This document shows, in pieces, positions 39,322-52,279 of a DNA stretch of 64,000 nt. Position 1 is the first letter of the stretch. Each line of letters begins with the position of its first letter. The stretch comes from Lama glama (lineage: Eukaryota). The stretch lies in the NCBI GenBank assembly GCA_028534125.1, contig CM052817.1:55864001-55928000 (forward strand), read 5' to 3'. The notes under the pieces are model-generated. The model was not told where the DNA came from and made no database searches. It saw only the letters and a program-made list of their open reading frames with translations. The translations under genes were made by a program, and so were the position numbers.

Positions 39322-41104
39322 AATCAGAGAACCGGTGGGAAAACGTATTCTCCTAAAACTGCAGATGGTTATATCCACGGTTATCTCAAGAGGGAACCAA
39401 CTCTTAAGAATCAAGACAGATGGAACAAATAGTCCCCAAAGTTGAACATATTTGAGAGGACCAATTCATAAGGACTGATGTAAAACAGTCAAAGATTAAC
39501 TGGGTGAGTTTCAAGGAATAATAGTTTTTGAAGGGTAGTATGAAAGTATTGCCTTTATATGGAAGGATTCACACATGAAATTTGTAGAACTAAGACTAAG
39601 GGAAAGCATTAAGAATAAAGAAACCTTAGTGTGGAGCCCAGAAGGACTTTTCTGAAAATGTGTAACTTTCTATACTTACAGTCTTAAGACTGACTTGAAA
39701 TTCCTAGTGAAAAAATGTTACAGGGCACAGAATTGTACATGTTTAATCTCTACTGAAAAAAAATCTAACAAACAAATTAGCAGATTGTGATGTTAACTTT
39801 CATAGTTTCCTGTGTGGATTTAGCTTATCTTTTGTCTAGTCAGCGATTTTGATTGAGTGAATGAATTAAACATACAATTCTTGATGAACTTTAGAGGTTC
39901 ATCACTTGGGATATTAGAATATGTATTAATGAGGAAGAAGGATAGAAAAATTGAAATGTTGGTAATTACATGCAAGGGTATGGATAAAGTCTAACTCTTC
40001 ATCAAGGTTCAGACAACATCACAAATACAGAGACTGTGGTAAATAAAATGAAAACTCTATTTCATAAACTTTGTATTATTAAAGCACTCACTCTGGTAAT
40101 GATGAGTATAATAAACTCATTGGTTATTCATTGCACTTCATAAATGTTCCAATACAATTTGTAATAGTTAATGGGTATTCACAGAACATGATCCCTCTAT
40201 TTGTTTTCCAATTATACAAAAGTGATGACTACTTTGCCTGTATCTTGCCCTTTATTTTACCACTGGGAATGAATGCTTCTAAGCTGCTGTCAGATAATAT
40301 ATTCTGTACCTTATTTCTTCTGTAATTGGTCTTCTGAATACTTGCCATTTCTATGACCATGACTCATTTCATGCAAAGATGCTAAATGTTGTTATTATAT
40401 TCCTTTGTGTCATCCTATGTTGCTAACTTTATTAAATGGTCATGATACCTGTTAGCACCATGGCAAGTTGTCCATTAACGATCAAAAGAAATTCTTGCTT
40501 GTTATTCTATTTCTAAAAAGAAAATAACATGAAAAAAACTAAATGAAGCCTCTTTTGTTTCTTCTACTCCTCCTTTAGAAAAAAGTTTTTGAATTTCTCA
40601 AGCATTACTGCAAAGCTAAATAATGCTTATGAAAAACTGCATCTTTTACAGTGCCTCCTGCGAGATCTCCTTCTGCAACTGTGTGTTTTGAAAAAGGAAC
40701 CCTTTTTTATTTTGTAAGCCACTTTCACCCCTGCCTCACAAACGCAGTCAACTTGGAAAATATTCATAGCATTAACAGCTAAACTTCAATTGGCTATGCT
40801 GTAAATCTCTTTTATCTTTCAATGTATTACAATAATCCTCTTTCTTAGTCTGTTTATAGAAAAACACCTTTTATATTCAAGGATATAGCTTAAATTAATT
40901 TTAGCTAAACATGTATGCTTGAGATCTATCTGTAGCTGCCACTTAAAGAAAAAAATTTCTACTAATGAACTTCTTGCTAAATGTCAGGATGGAAAATAAT
41001 CCTTGATGTTATGAAAGGTTTCTGAAATTACCTGTATTTTTTAAACTAAAATTCATAATAGGAGTATTTATGAATGCACTATCAAACTCAAGGCCTTATT
41101 ATAT

Positions 41105-41923
41105 ATGTACTGGATTATTTTTCATTGTTGTGCAACAAATACCCACAGACATATTAGCAGCTTTAAACAGCATACATGTATTATCCTGTGGTTACCATGA
41201 AATAGGAGTCAGAGCACAGCTTAGCTATGTCTTCTGCTTAGCATTTGACAAGGCTGCAACCCAGGTGTCACTGGGTCTCATCTGTGGCCCAGGGTCCTTT
41301 ATCCAGCCCTGATCATTAAAGTAGAATCAAATTCTTGCAGCTACATAACTCCTGACACCTTGCTTCTTTAAGGCCATTATGATAGCTTTTCGGCTGCTTT
41401 GAGTTTTTATAAAGGGCTCAGCTGATCAGGTCAGGCCCTAATTTCCATTTGATTAAATTAAAATTAGCTGATTAGCCTTATATCTATCAAATTCCTTCAC
41501 ATTTGCTATATAATGTAACCTACCATAGGAATGGCATCTATCGCATTCACAGTTCATATCTACACTCAAGGGGAGGGGATTACAATCATCCTTTAATATT
41601 TATGGGGAATTGTTTCCAGGACTCACCAAGGGTATCAAATTCCACAGATGCTCAAGTCCCATAGTTGGCCTTCTCTATCCTTAAATTCCACATCATTAGA
41701 TTCAACCAAGCTGGGATCATGTATTAAGTTTGCCATCTGTGGTTGGTTGAATCCTCAGATGCAGAACCTGTGGCTACGGAGGGCCAGCTGTATATTTACT
41801 GAAAAATATCAGCCTATAAGTGGACCCATACAGTTCAAATCCAGTGTTGTTGGAGGATCAACTGGAGAGAGGACACCAGAGAGTGGAGAGCTTGGGTCCC
41901 ATCTTAGAATTCTGCCGACAGCA
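41105..41923 (-). mobile_element. MLT1-family LTR interrupted by a Tigger-type MITE
   Basis: GCTTTAAACAGCATACATGTATTATC...AAAGGGCTCAGCTGATCAGGTCAGGCCC...CACTCAAGGGGAGGGGATTA, resuming at 41865 with ACACCAGAG...CCATCTTAGAATTCTGCC. Confidence 0.75.
41583..41864. mobile_element. MER2-type Tigger MITE (TcMar)
   Basis: TA|CAATCATCC...TTCCAGGAC...CACAGATGCTCAAGTCCC; ends TATAAGTGGACCCATACAGTTCAAATCCAGTGTTGTTGGAGGATCAACTG. Confidence 0.78.
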
Positions 41924-43099
41924 CGTATCTTTCCTACGGTGGTCAAAGTAGCTGCAATAGATGTTTTTCAGAATTGTACTAAGAATTCATATATGCGCAC
42001 TCACACACACATATATGTAGTAGGTTTGCGCACACTCCCAACTTGAGAAATTTTGAAAAAAATATAAATTCTGCTGCATTTCTGTTGGGCATACATGAAC
42101 CCAAACAGCACTGAATGTTGGCTTGCTACATCTACTGCAAAGATATTTTTATTCTAAACTAGAGAGAAATGGAGGGGTGAATTATGTAAGCATCTGGAGC
42201 CCTTTTTTCCCACCCTAGGCAGTTACAAACAACCAGATGTTCCCTTAAATTAACTCCTTGTTAATCTAGTCAAGCCTGAGCACCTGTATTTCAAAGATTT
42301 CTGTGCTTTAATAAAGGAAGAAAATACTATACATAAGTTATAAATTATGCTGACAAAATGATTTAAATATTTCTTTTTAATTTTCTCTTTAATAGGTTAT
42401 AGAGGACAGTAGCATAAGAAGTGAATTAATGAGAAATAATTCTGAAGACAGTCAATGAAAGATACACTCAAAATTCATCTTATATTATCATAAATTCGAC
42501 TCAGCATATAATTATTTAATACCTGGTATGTTAATGATAGTATCACTTTTCATTCATATGTTTTGTAAGACTTATAAAGTTTTTTAAAAAGCAGTATATT
42601 AATTTTCACAGAATAAATTAGGAATTAATTTTATTGAGACAGAAAAAGTTTAAATGACCAATATTCTATATAATATTCTTACAAAAATGAAATTAGGATA
42701 TATTTTCAAAGCCTTGCCTGGTTCAGGCAAAATTGTCTGTTCACCATCAGCATGTTTCTGAATTTGAAATGGATATTTCTTGATAATTATAATTCTTAGA
42801 ATCAGCAAGAGTTCAAGCAGTCTCAGAAAACCATTTGGTCATTTTTCATTTAGGATAAACTAGACAAAATGATCATTGTGCATTCTGCAAATCACAGTGC
42901 TGCTTAAATACGTCTATCTTAATGGGCTGATCCAATAGTTTCTCTCACTTCTCCAAATTTTTATCTTATTTATTAAAACTTTTCAGTGACTTGAATTCAT
43001 GTTCTAACATGTAGGAGATAAAAATAATTCTAATAATTTGGAAGAAAAATGAAATTCTTTATACTCTCTTTATCTTGGTAAAATAATTCATGCAGCCAT

Positions 43100-43320
43100 G
43101 TGTTGAAATATGGTGGGTTTTGCTGTCAACTGGACTTTTGTGTGAATCACAATTTTATCATATTCTATCTGATAGCCTTTAGAAAGTTCCCTAAGACTCA
43201 GTTTATTTTTGTACAAATTAAATGATAGCAAATCCTATCTTGTCATGAGCATTATAAAAATTAATGCCTGTGAAGAGTCCAGCATAGTATCTGGTCCATG
43301 ATGTGTGCTCAAGAAACAAA
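43100..43320 (+). mobile_element. MIR
   Basis: CTCAGTTTATTTTTGTACAAAT core, CAGCATAGTATCTGGTCCATGATGTGTGCTCAA 3' end. Confidence 0.5.
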
Positions 43321-43369
43321 CTTCTTTTCTTACTTTCTTTCTTCCTCCCTCTATCCTTACTTTTTTCCT

Positions 43370-44672
43370 TTTTTAAAAAACAGCTTTATTAAGACAACTC
43401 ACATGTCAGAAAATTCACCTTTTTAAAACGTGCACTGAAGTATTAAATATTTTAGTATACTCACAAAACCTGGTGATCATCACTATTTAATTTTAGAACA
43501 GTTTTTCACCCCAGAAAGGAACCCTGATAATCATCAGCAGTTACTTCTTAATGCCCCTCCCTCAGACAACTACTAACTTCCTTTTTCTCTCTGTTGAGCT
43601 GCCTTTTCTGGATGTTTCCTATAAATGGAATCATACAATAAGTGATCTTTTGTGATGGGTTTCTTTCACATAGAATAATGGGGTTCCATCCATACTGTAG
43701 AAAGCATCAGCACTTCATTAATTTTCATGGACAAATAATATTCCATTTTATGGTTATACCACTTTTGTTCATCCATTCATCAGGTAATGGACACTTGAGT
43801 TGTTCTATATTTGGGCTATTATAAAAAATGCTGCTATGCAAATTAATGTACAAGCTTTTATGCAGATATATGTTTTCATTTTTCCTGGGTATATACCAAG
43901 GAGTGGAATTAGTGGGTCAAACTGTAACTGTATGTTTAACTATTTTAGGAACTGTCAAACATTTTCCCAAGTGGCTGCACCATTTTACATTCCAATCAGC
44001 AATGAAAGAGGGTTTCAATTTCACACAACCTCACCAACACTTGCTGTTATCTGTCTTTTTGATTGCCACTTTCCAAGTGAGTTTGAAGGTAATATTTCAC
44101 AGTTGTTTGATTTCCAATTCCTATTTCTAATTAAGTTGCCTTTTTATTATTGCATTGTGATATTATTTTTGTATCTTGGATATTAACCCCTTATCAGATA
44201 AATGATTGTATATTTCTTCTATTGCATGAGTTGCATTTTCACTTTTTTGAGGTGACATTTATTAAAAAGCATTTTTACTTCTTTATGAAATTGAATCTAT
44301 CTACTTTTTTTCATTGCTTATTATGTTTTATTTTGTTGTTATACCTAAGAAATTCTCATCTAACCAAAGGTCATGAAAACTTACTCCTACATATTCTTCT
44401 AAAAGTTTTATCATTTAGCTGTTACATTTAGGTATACGATCCTATTTCAGTTAATTTTTGCATATGGTGTGAATGGTCCAAACGCATTTCTTTGCATGCA
44501 ACTATCTACTGGTGTCAATGCTATTTATTGAAAAAATATTATTTCCTCATTATATTATACTGGCATTCTTATCAGTAATCAATTGACCATAGATGTATGG
44601 ATTAATTCCTATTCCATTGATCTATATGTCAGTTACATTACTACCATACAGTTCTTGATTACTATTTCTTCA
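43370..44672 (-). mobile_element. L1MB-type 3' end and ORF2 C-terminal region, decayed
   Basis: AACAGCTTTATTAAGAC...AAAATTCACCTTTTTAAA; TATAAATGGAATCATACAATA; TTCCCAAGTGGCTGCACCATTTTACATTCCAATCAGCAATG; AATCAATTGACCATAGATGTATGG. Confidence 0.85.
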
Positions 44673-44769
44673 TATCCCAGACCCTCAGCCACATAAATCC
44701 TCACACTAGGCTTTTTTTACCTAAGATCCTTTTTATCTGATACATTATTTTTTGATTTAAAAAAAGTGT

Positions 44770-45990
44770 ATGAGGTATATCAAAAAACAAGAGAAAACAT
44801 GGTCTTAAAAGATAAAACAAGTATCAGAACCAGATCAAATAAGACATGGATGTTGGAATTATCAGAGAGGAAATTTGAAATAATCATGATTAATATATTA
44901 AGAACTATGATGGGGAAAGTAGACAACATGTGAAAACAGGTTATAATGTAAGCAGAGAGACTGGAACTCTAATGAAGATTTAAAGGAAATGTTAGAAACC
45001 AAAACACAATAGAAATGAAAAACGCTTTTGAGTTGAATATGTCCAGTATACCGAACACAGAAGAGGAAAGAATCAGTGAGTCTGAATTAGCCAATAGAAA
45101 CTTCAGAAACTGAAATGCAAAGAGAAAAAACAACTAAAAATGGGGGTATGCCTAAGAGACACAGAAACCAACTGAAAGATTCTCAAAAGTCGAAGCTAGA
45201 ATATTTCAAGCAAGAAAAAACTGACCAAGTTATTGGATTGTAACCCAAAGTAAAAACTCAATATCTGTGAGTCCCTATTGACTCATCAACATAAGCAAAT
45301 GACTGGAAAAGTTCCCAAGCAATGGATAGAGCATAACTGCTCACTCCTTAGATGTGGGCTCTGCAAAGTGACCTCCTTCCAAAGAGAAGAGTATATAAAC
45401 TGGGATAAAAAGAGTGACTTTCCAGTGGAGAAACCTGATAGACACTGTCTCAGTCAGGTGGTCAAAGCTGACATCAAACGTGGTAACTCATATTGATAGC
45501 AGGCACCCTCAGTATGATGTGATGAAAATGCCATTTACCTGCCTCCGTACTCTTTTTGTCAAAAACCATAACCTCTCTCTAACCACAAGAAATACATTAG
45601 CTAAATCTCAGTTGAGGAACATTCTACAAGATACCTGACCAGCACTTTTCAAAACTGCCAAAGTTTATCAAAAATGAGGAAAGTCTGATAAACTCTCACA
45701 GCCAACTGGAGCCTAGGGAGAAATGTCATGTAGTACCCTGGATGGGATCTTGGAACAGAAAAAGGACATTAGATCAAAACTAAAACATATGAATAAAGCA
45801 TGAACTTCAGTTAATAATAATACATCAATATTGGTTCATTAATTGTAACAAACATACCATACTAACATAAGATGTTAATAACAGGGGAGACTAGGTATAG
45901 GATACATGGGAACTCTATATTATCCTTCTAACATCTCTGTAAACCTAAAACTATTCTAAAATTTAAAAGTTTATTGGAACAAAAAAAACA
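44770..45990 (+). mobile_element. L1M element: ORF1 5' region joined to L1MC/MD-type 3'UTR
   Basis: GGATGTTGGAATTATCAGAGAGGAAATTTGAAATAATCATGATTAATATATTAAG (ORF1 coiled-coil region) to about 45130; then 3'UTR ending AAACCTAAAACTATTCTAAAATTTAAAAGTTTATT plus A tract. Confidence 0.75.
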
Positions 45991-46351
45991 TCATTTGTAA
46001 CTCTTTCTTCATGTAAATTTAATTCCATCTATCAAAAATTGAAAAGTAAAGAAATACTATGGGTAAAAATCTATAAATTAATCAAATATAATTTAAGAAT
46101 AGTATACTTGCCAATAAAAAAAGGCCTGGCCATTACTTTTGCTAACCTAATTGAATTCATACTTATATTCAAGTATTACAATATTACATGTTTGCTTTTC
46201 TCTCTTGTCTCTGTCTGTCTCTCCCTCTCATATTTATCAGGTAAGGGACATGGAGGAGGCACATATCTTAACTCTATTTACAGTTTAGTTATCATTTAGG
46301 AAATTGTGAGATAACCGATTTGTAAAAATAAAATTAATCCTGAACTACAAA

Positions 46352-46720
46352 TATTTTGTTTTATTACTGCTCTGAAACAAGATAACACAAACTTGGCAGT
46401 GTAAAACCACATACACTTATTTTTATCTCACAGTTTTTCTGGATCAAGGGTCTGGGCATGACTTAGCTAGATTTTCAGGACTTGGCTTCCTTTTAGTTTT
46501 CACAAGGCTTCGATCAATATGGTGACCAGGCCATGTTCTCATCTGGGGCCCAGCATCGTCTGCCGAGCTATTTCAGGTTGTTAGAATTTCAGGTCCTTGA
46601 ACCTCTACAACTGAGATTTCCCCTCACTGGCCAGCCCTTGGCCAGGGACGACTCTCAACAACTAGAAGAGGCCTGCAGTTCCTTGGCCCCTCGCTCCTAT
46701 AGGCTTTTACCACAAGGCTA
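46352..46720 (-). mobile_element. MLT1-family LTR fragment
   Basis: CACAAACTTGGCAGTGTAAAACCACATACACTTATTTTTATCTCACAGTTTTTCTGGATCAAGGGTCTGGGCATGACTTAGCT. Confidence 0.7.
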
Positions 46721-47479
46721 TTTGCTTCTGACTTACAATGTTTTTACTCCATAGGTTCTTATATTAAACACTACATCACTATGTGGTTCTTAGTCCTCAC
46801 CAGACCAGAAGTACCAAATTCACAAAAAGGAGAAATAGAATATGAAAATCTTATGAGGTAACAAACATAGCAATGGAAGACAAATTAAAAATTTTCAGGG
46901 ATCCAAAAGGTAGCAACTCTGGGCATTTAGGAGTGTGTGGGAACAGCCTTTGGGATTAAATCTGCTCCCTATGGCAGGTCAAGAATTTCTATTAGGTGGG
47001 GACTTACAAATGGGCTTCAATGGTATGGTATGCAGGTTATGGGATGATGGAAATTGGTTGATGCATGGTTATTAATTAATTAATGCATATGTTTAATTGT
47101 AGTAATTGGAAATTGATGAAAAAGAAATGTATAAAATAAAGGCTAAATTCTTTCCATTAAGACTCCCAAAATGTAACTACTCTTGACATTTTTCCCTATA
47201 TTCAAACACGTTAATGCATACAAATATACCAAATCCTTTTCAATGATTAATAATCCAGGTTCAACAAATATTTACTAAACCCTTGTTATGTCCCAATAAA
47301 GAAAATACTAATTAGCCTCAAAAGAACACATGCGGTATATTTTCTCATTCACACTTTAGACATAAGGTTACTGAGTTTCAGCTTATTTACTTCCCCCATC
47401 CCAGCTCACACAGCTAGTCATCTGGGAGCCCTGCTTCCAACCCAGGCCTTCTCTTCCCTACAACACACGACCTCATTTT

Positions 47480-47590
47480 GGGGGGATAGGGGAAGGGGAG
47501 ATAATTAGGTTTATTTTATTCCTTTTAATGGGGGTACTGGGGATTGAACCCAGGACCTCATGCATGCTAAGTATGCACTCTACCCTCCCC
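47480..47590 (-). mobile_element. tRNA-Ala-derived SINE (camelid vic-1 type), A-box region deleted
   Basis: GGGGGTACTGGGGATTGAACCCAGGACCTCATGCATGCTAAGTATGCACTCTACCCTCCCC with TAATTAGGTTTATT tail; TSD CACACGACCTCATTTT / CACACAACCTCTTTT. Confidence 0.88.
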
Positions 47591-48319
47591 CACACAACCT
47601 CTTTTGAGGGCATGTTGCATAAATGAGATGTCAGTGCACAAAAGCATCACAGGCACCTCCTATAGACACAGAAGAGCAGCTCAGCAATGTAGACAACACA
47701 AGCTGACTGATTATAACTAATTACAAGGCTCACACTTGTTCTTTTGAATGCCTTGACTAAGTGTGTCTAGTTTTCTAACTGAAGTGTGAAAGAGTTGTGG
47801 ATATTCATTAGCTAGTTTTCACCTTCTAAAGTCATAGCTTTTAATTTTTTTGCTCTTTAAGAGGTTTATTTCTGTTTTTTAATTTGGTTTCTGTTTTCTA
47901 AGTAATTCCATTTCCATGTTTCTGCAATAAGATGGTGATATTTTTTAGGGTGGCAAAACAACATAAAATATTGATGGCTAACATAATATAAACTAATTCC
48001 AAATGTAATACAAATGGTGGACTTACATACTAAACTTCCCCAAATATATTACATTTATTAAGGTAGAATCTTAAGAGAATTTATTTGATGAAGGATGTAA
48101 TTGGAAGACAGAATAACATTTCAAATTTACATGTTAACATTACGTTATTTGCACTTGTTACAATGAAATAACCTGTGCATGTATCTTGGCATAATAACAA
48201 TACGTAATTGGTTGAAAACTACTCCACCATTGTGTTTCTGTTTTAAGGTGCCTGGGGAGCAGACTGGACCATTCTGTTTCCTTTAGTTCCTTTAAAGAAT
48301 ACTTAAGAACATGGGCTTT

Positions 48320-48520
48320 GTTTTCAGAGTGAGCGTCTAGTCCCAGATTCATTATCAGTAGATATATCACCTTGAGGTCACCTTGGGAATCCTTTTTTTA
48401 CCTAAAACTCAAGAGTTTCAGTTTCCTCATCTGTAAAATGTGAATACCATTAATGATTAATAGATTTGTGGCAAAGCGTTATAAAACAAAATATATGTAA
48501 ATTTCACAGTACAGCTCTAG
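48320..48520 (+). mobile_element. MIR
   Basis: TCAGTTTCCTCATCTGTAAAATG core at 48418-48440. Confidence 0.7.
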
Positions 48521-49529
48521 CTCGAAGACGATGTAGTTTTGGTCATTTTAAGAAAGTGGAGAAAGAAGAGTAAGAGGATGGAGGAGAAGGAAGAGATATA
48601 TCCGTCCTAACTCCGAGTCCAAAAAAACTAAGGCAGATGAGTATTAGTACCAATATTTTCCTTTGCATGTGCTGATGGAGCACCAGAAAACATGTATTCT
48701 TCTTAAGTATCATATGCTATATTCAGAATGGATTTATAACACTATCCAAGAATCAGTTATTCACGTGGAAGCTCCCAAGTATCTAAAGCCTATTCAAAAT
48801 TACTTGACTATTCAGATCCTATCTTTTCAGTGAGCTTTGTTTCTGTCCCTTCACAGTTGAAAAACCTTTAAATTCATCTTCTCAAGGCTTTAGTAATGAG
48901 GTGATTTGATTACTTTAGTTTAACGGAGCTGAAACAACCAAGTAAGAGGGTTAATTAATTTGTTTGGAATCCAAGTTTTATTTTTGAACTGCATATAAAG
49001 GAAATAAGAAGCAAAGGCAAAACTGTTTGATCAGCATGGGACAATTTTAAGAGCACTACTGCTTAGATTATAAACTGGTTATGGTTTTGTTAGTTTATAG
49101 AGCTCTCTAAACCCAGTTGTATAGTAATGAGCCTTAATTGTATGCTTAAATGAATAATTTGTAGTCAGTGATTGACTAGAAATATGCTGTCAGTTACGTG
49201 CATTCTCATCTTTTATTATAGATTTGGCCATTTGTTGAATTTATATTTTATATCTTATGGTTTTAAAATTCCTCCCTCAGCCTCAATGAGTCTTACCCAA
49301 ATTTTCCATAGATTCCTGCCAGGTACTCTCAGTTGGATACTTAAAATTGACTTGCGATGGAAAATAGGAAAGCTAAGCAAAATTTATTCAGTGAATATTC
49401 AGTAAGTCCATTAAATTATTTCAATTAAGTTGTATACTCTGTCCTAATGTTCTAAGTCTCCTCTATGATACGGAATGAAAATTGGAAGAGTCCTTTAACC
49501 CACTGATATATCATAGCATTAATAGCAGC

Positions 49530-50180
49530 ACAACTTGAGGTGAAGTACACCCTTTTGCAGTGTGTAGTATACAACATTACCTGTGAAATATTTGTGACAA
49601 AACAATGTTTAACTTGAATCTAGCCAACCTGTTAGATCTAACTTCCAGCTGGCATTAAATACAAGGGAATAAGAACACTTTTAAAGACATGTGAGAAATC
49701 AATCAGACAAATTCAGAAGGTGGGACTTTCTACAGGACAATTGATTTCTCTCTTTAGTAAGTTGATGTCATAAAAAGTAAGGCACTATTTGTATCAAAGA
49801 GATTTAACTGACATAACAGTCCAATGCAGTGTGCAGATATGGTCAGATACTGGTTTGAACAAATTACCTGGAAAAGATACTTTAAGAAAATCTGCAGAAA
49901 TAAAAATACACACTGCAAGTTGGATGATAGCAAGGAATTATTGTTTTTCTTTTTTGAAATGTTATTCTGATTAAATTATATAGGAAAGTATCTTTGATTT
50001 TGGATGTTTATACTGAAGTATTTTGGAGTGGATAATGAAGTTATTTTAAAATATTAGAAAAAATAGAAGAAATAAATATAAATTTGGTGATGAACTGTTA
50101 GATTGGCAATAGGAATTCGATGTCAAATATCATTTCCTTCTATATTTTTGTATGTTTGAAAATTTTTATATTAAAAAGTG
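49530..50180 (+). mobile_element. L1ME-type 3'UTR
   Basis: AATCAGACAAATTCAGAAGGTGGGACTTTCTACAGGACAA; ends TTTTTGTATGTTTGAAAATTTTTATATTAAAAAGT. Confidence 0.7.
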
Positions 50181-50269
50181 ACATAAAAGTAGAGTACACC
50201 TGATAAAAAATTATGTAAGAAAAAACAGTTTTTATTCACCTATTGATCCAGCAGCTATTCACTATCTAC

Positions 50270-50760
50270 CCAACATGATCTGAGTCCCATGTTATCTGTG
50301 GGGGGTTTTAATAGTGAGCAGGTCTGATTCAGTTTTTGCTGTCATGGAATATATAGTATAAAGGGGAGGACAGACATTGCCTAAGTAATTATAAGGGGTG
50401 TGAATAAAGTGAACTACTATAAATGAGTGTAATAGTTGAACCTACCTTAGCCTAAGAGGAAATTAAAAATTCTAGGAAAAAATGACTATATAAAGAATTA
50501 GCCAGAGCAGCTAATGAGATGCAGTGGGTGGTGGACAGCTTTATTGCTTCTAGGAAAATCTTTTTTTTAAAAAAAAAAGCATGATTCATAAACGAATACA
50601 AAGAAGTACATTATGGTTGGAAAACAAAGGAGAGAAAGAGAGAAATGAGACAAGATGAGAATGTTAGACAACAGCTAAAATACTTATAAGTTAGTTTAAG
50701 GATCTGGGTTTTTATTCTGAGAAGTTGACAGCTGAATGCCCTTAAGTAGAATTAAATGAG
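50270..50760 (-). mobile_element. Decayed L2 fragment
   Basis: TTGCTGTCATGGAATATATAGTATAAAGGGGAGGACAGACATT; TTAAGGATCTGGGTTTTTATTCTGAG. Confidence 0.5.
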
Positions 50761-51419
50761 TATTTATAGCAGACACCTCATTCTTGATGAAATGAATGGA
50801 ATGTAGTAAGAGTTGGCAGACGTGACTTTTAGAAAACAGTCAGGAGGGAACTCTGTAGGTATCCAGCTAAGGTGGTGTTTCAAAAAGTGAAAAGGAGAAC
50901 TGGTGTCAGGGAACACAACTCTGGGGGCCTTAACTTGAAGCACTTTCTCTAAAATGGTCTTTAGAAGTCTCCCCTCTGGCATGTGGACTGTCCAGGATGG
51001 GAATTACATCCAAACAAAGCTTCCTGAGCTCAGATCATAACCTACTGTGAGCCCAGGGACTCATGGCCCCTTCAGGGCTCTCTACATAAACAGGTTGGAC
51101 CAGATTTTTCAAGAAGCTCTAGAACTTGTACTGTGAGAGTGTCCAAGGGCCCAGTGGCTGTTCCCCTGTCTCAGGAAGACAGTCTTGTGAGTGGATTGCT
51201 CCCACTGACCAATATCTCCTTCAGGATTATTGAGACTGGCCCCAGTATGATGCAGACATACTAATTTGGGATGACGCTCACATTGGACACAGGAAAAGTT
51301 GAGGAGTCTGAGACACTAACAGTCCATTGCTTGCCTTTAGGTTTAATAAGAGTATATAAACCATTTCCTCAGTTTTTGTACATTTAAGCTTCTACCTCAA
51401 GGCAGCCTTGGGTCTAGAG

Positions 51420-51651
51420 CAGAGCCTCTCAACCTTGGCATTATTGACATTGCAAGTTGAATAATTCCTTGTTTAGCAGAGGCAAGGGGACTATCTGTGC
51501 ATTGTGGGATATTAAGCAGCATTATGGCCTCTTCCCACTAGACACAAGTATGAATGTGGCTCCTTTTCTCTAGTTGAGACAATCTGAAATGATGTGGTCA
51601 TACATTATAAACACCACTTGGCCAAAAAAGCAGCCATGGTTGGGAACACTG
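51420..51651 (-). mobile_element. MER20 (hAT-Charlie MITE)
   Basis: CAGAGCCTCTCAACCTTGGCATTATTGACATT...GCAGCATTATGGCCTCTTCCCACTAGA...GGTTGGGAACACTG; left flank GTCTAGAG fits the Charlie NTCTAGAN target. Confidence 0.8.
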
Positions 51652-52279
51652 TCCTATAGCATCTCAGTTGAGATAGAGACAAGAATCTTTTACTCTGGCA
51701 CTCACTTGCCCAAGGCACCCAGGACAGTTACCCAGCTCTGCGGGCTCTATGCGCCATGCCAGTTAGCACTTGGTTATAGCTATCTCTATCTTGTCTGAGG
51801 GCTTTTGACACTATTGCTCTGCAATGCTAATGGACTATTCTAGTCAATGTGGTTGTCATCAGTCTTAAGCCTCATCAGATTAGGGCCGATGTTCCTGTGA
51901 GAATTGGACTACTAATCTCATTCTCCCTATAGACTTCTTGCCAACTGTGTGTGAAGGGTGGTGTGTCATTAATACTGAAAGACATCACATTCTAGGAATG
52001 CAGTGGTTACAGCCTAATGCATTGAAGAGAAGACACAATTGAAAGATACGTTGTCCTATGTTTACCATAAAATTTTAAATGGAAAATTAACATATCCAGA
52101 AAAATGAATAACAGCTCACATTTTCCTGCATACTCTGAGTAAGACTTGCATTCATGCTCCTCATCAACAGAGTATAGAAACAACCTTTGAGGAAATCATC
52201 AGAAGCCAGGATTTCAGAAGAGAACAGGGTTCAATGGATGGTGCCACATTATGAGTAACAATGTAACTAGCATCAAATA

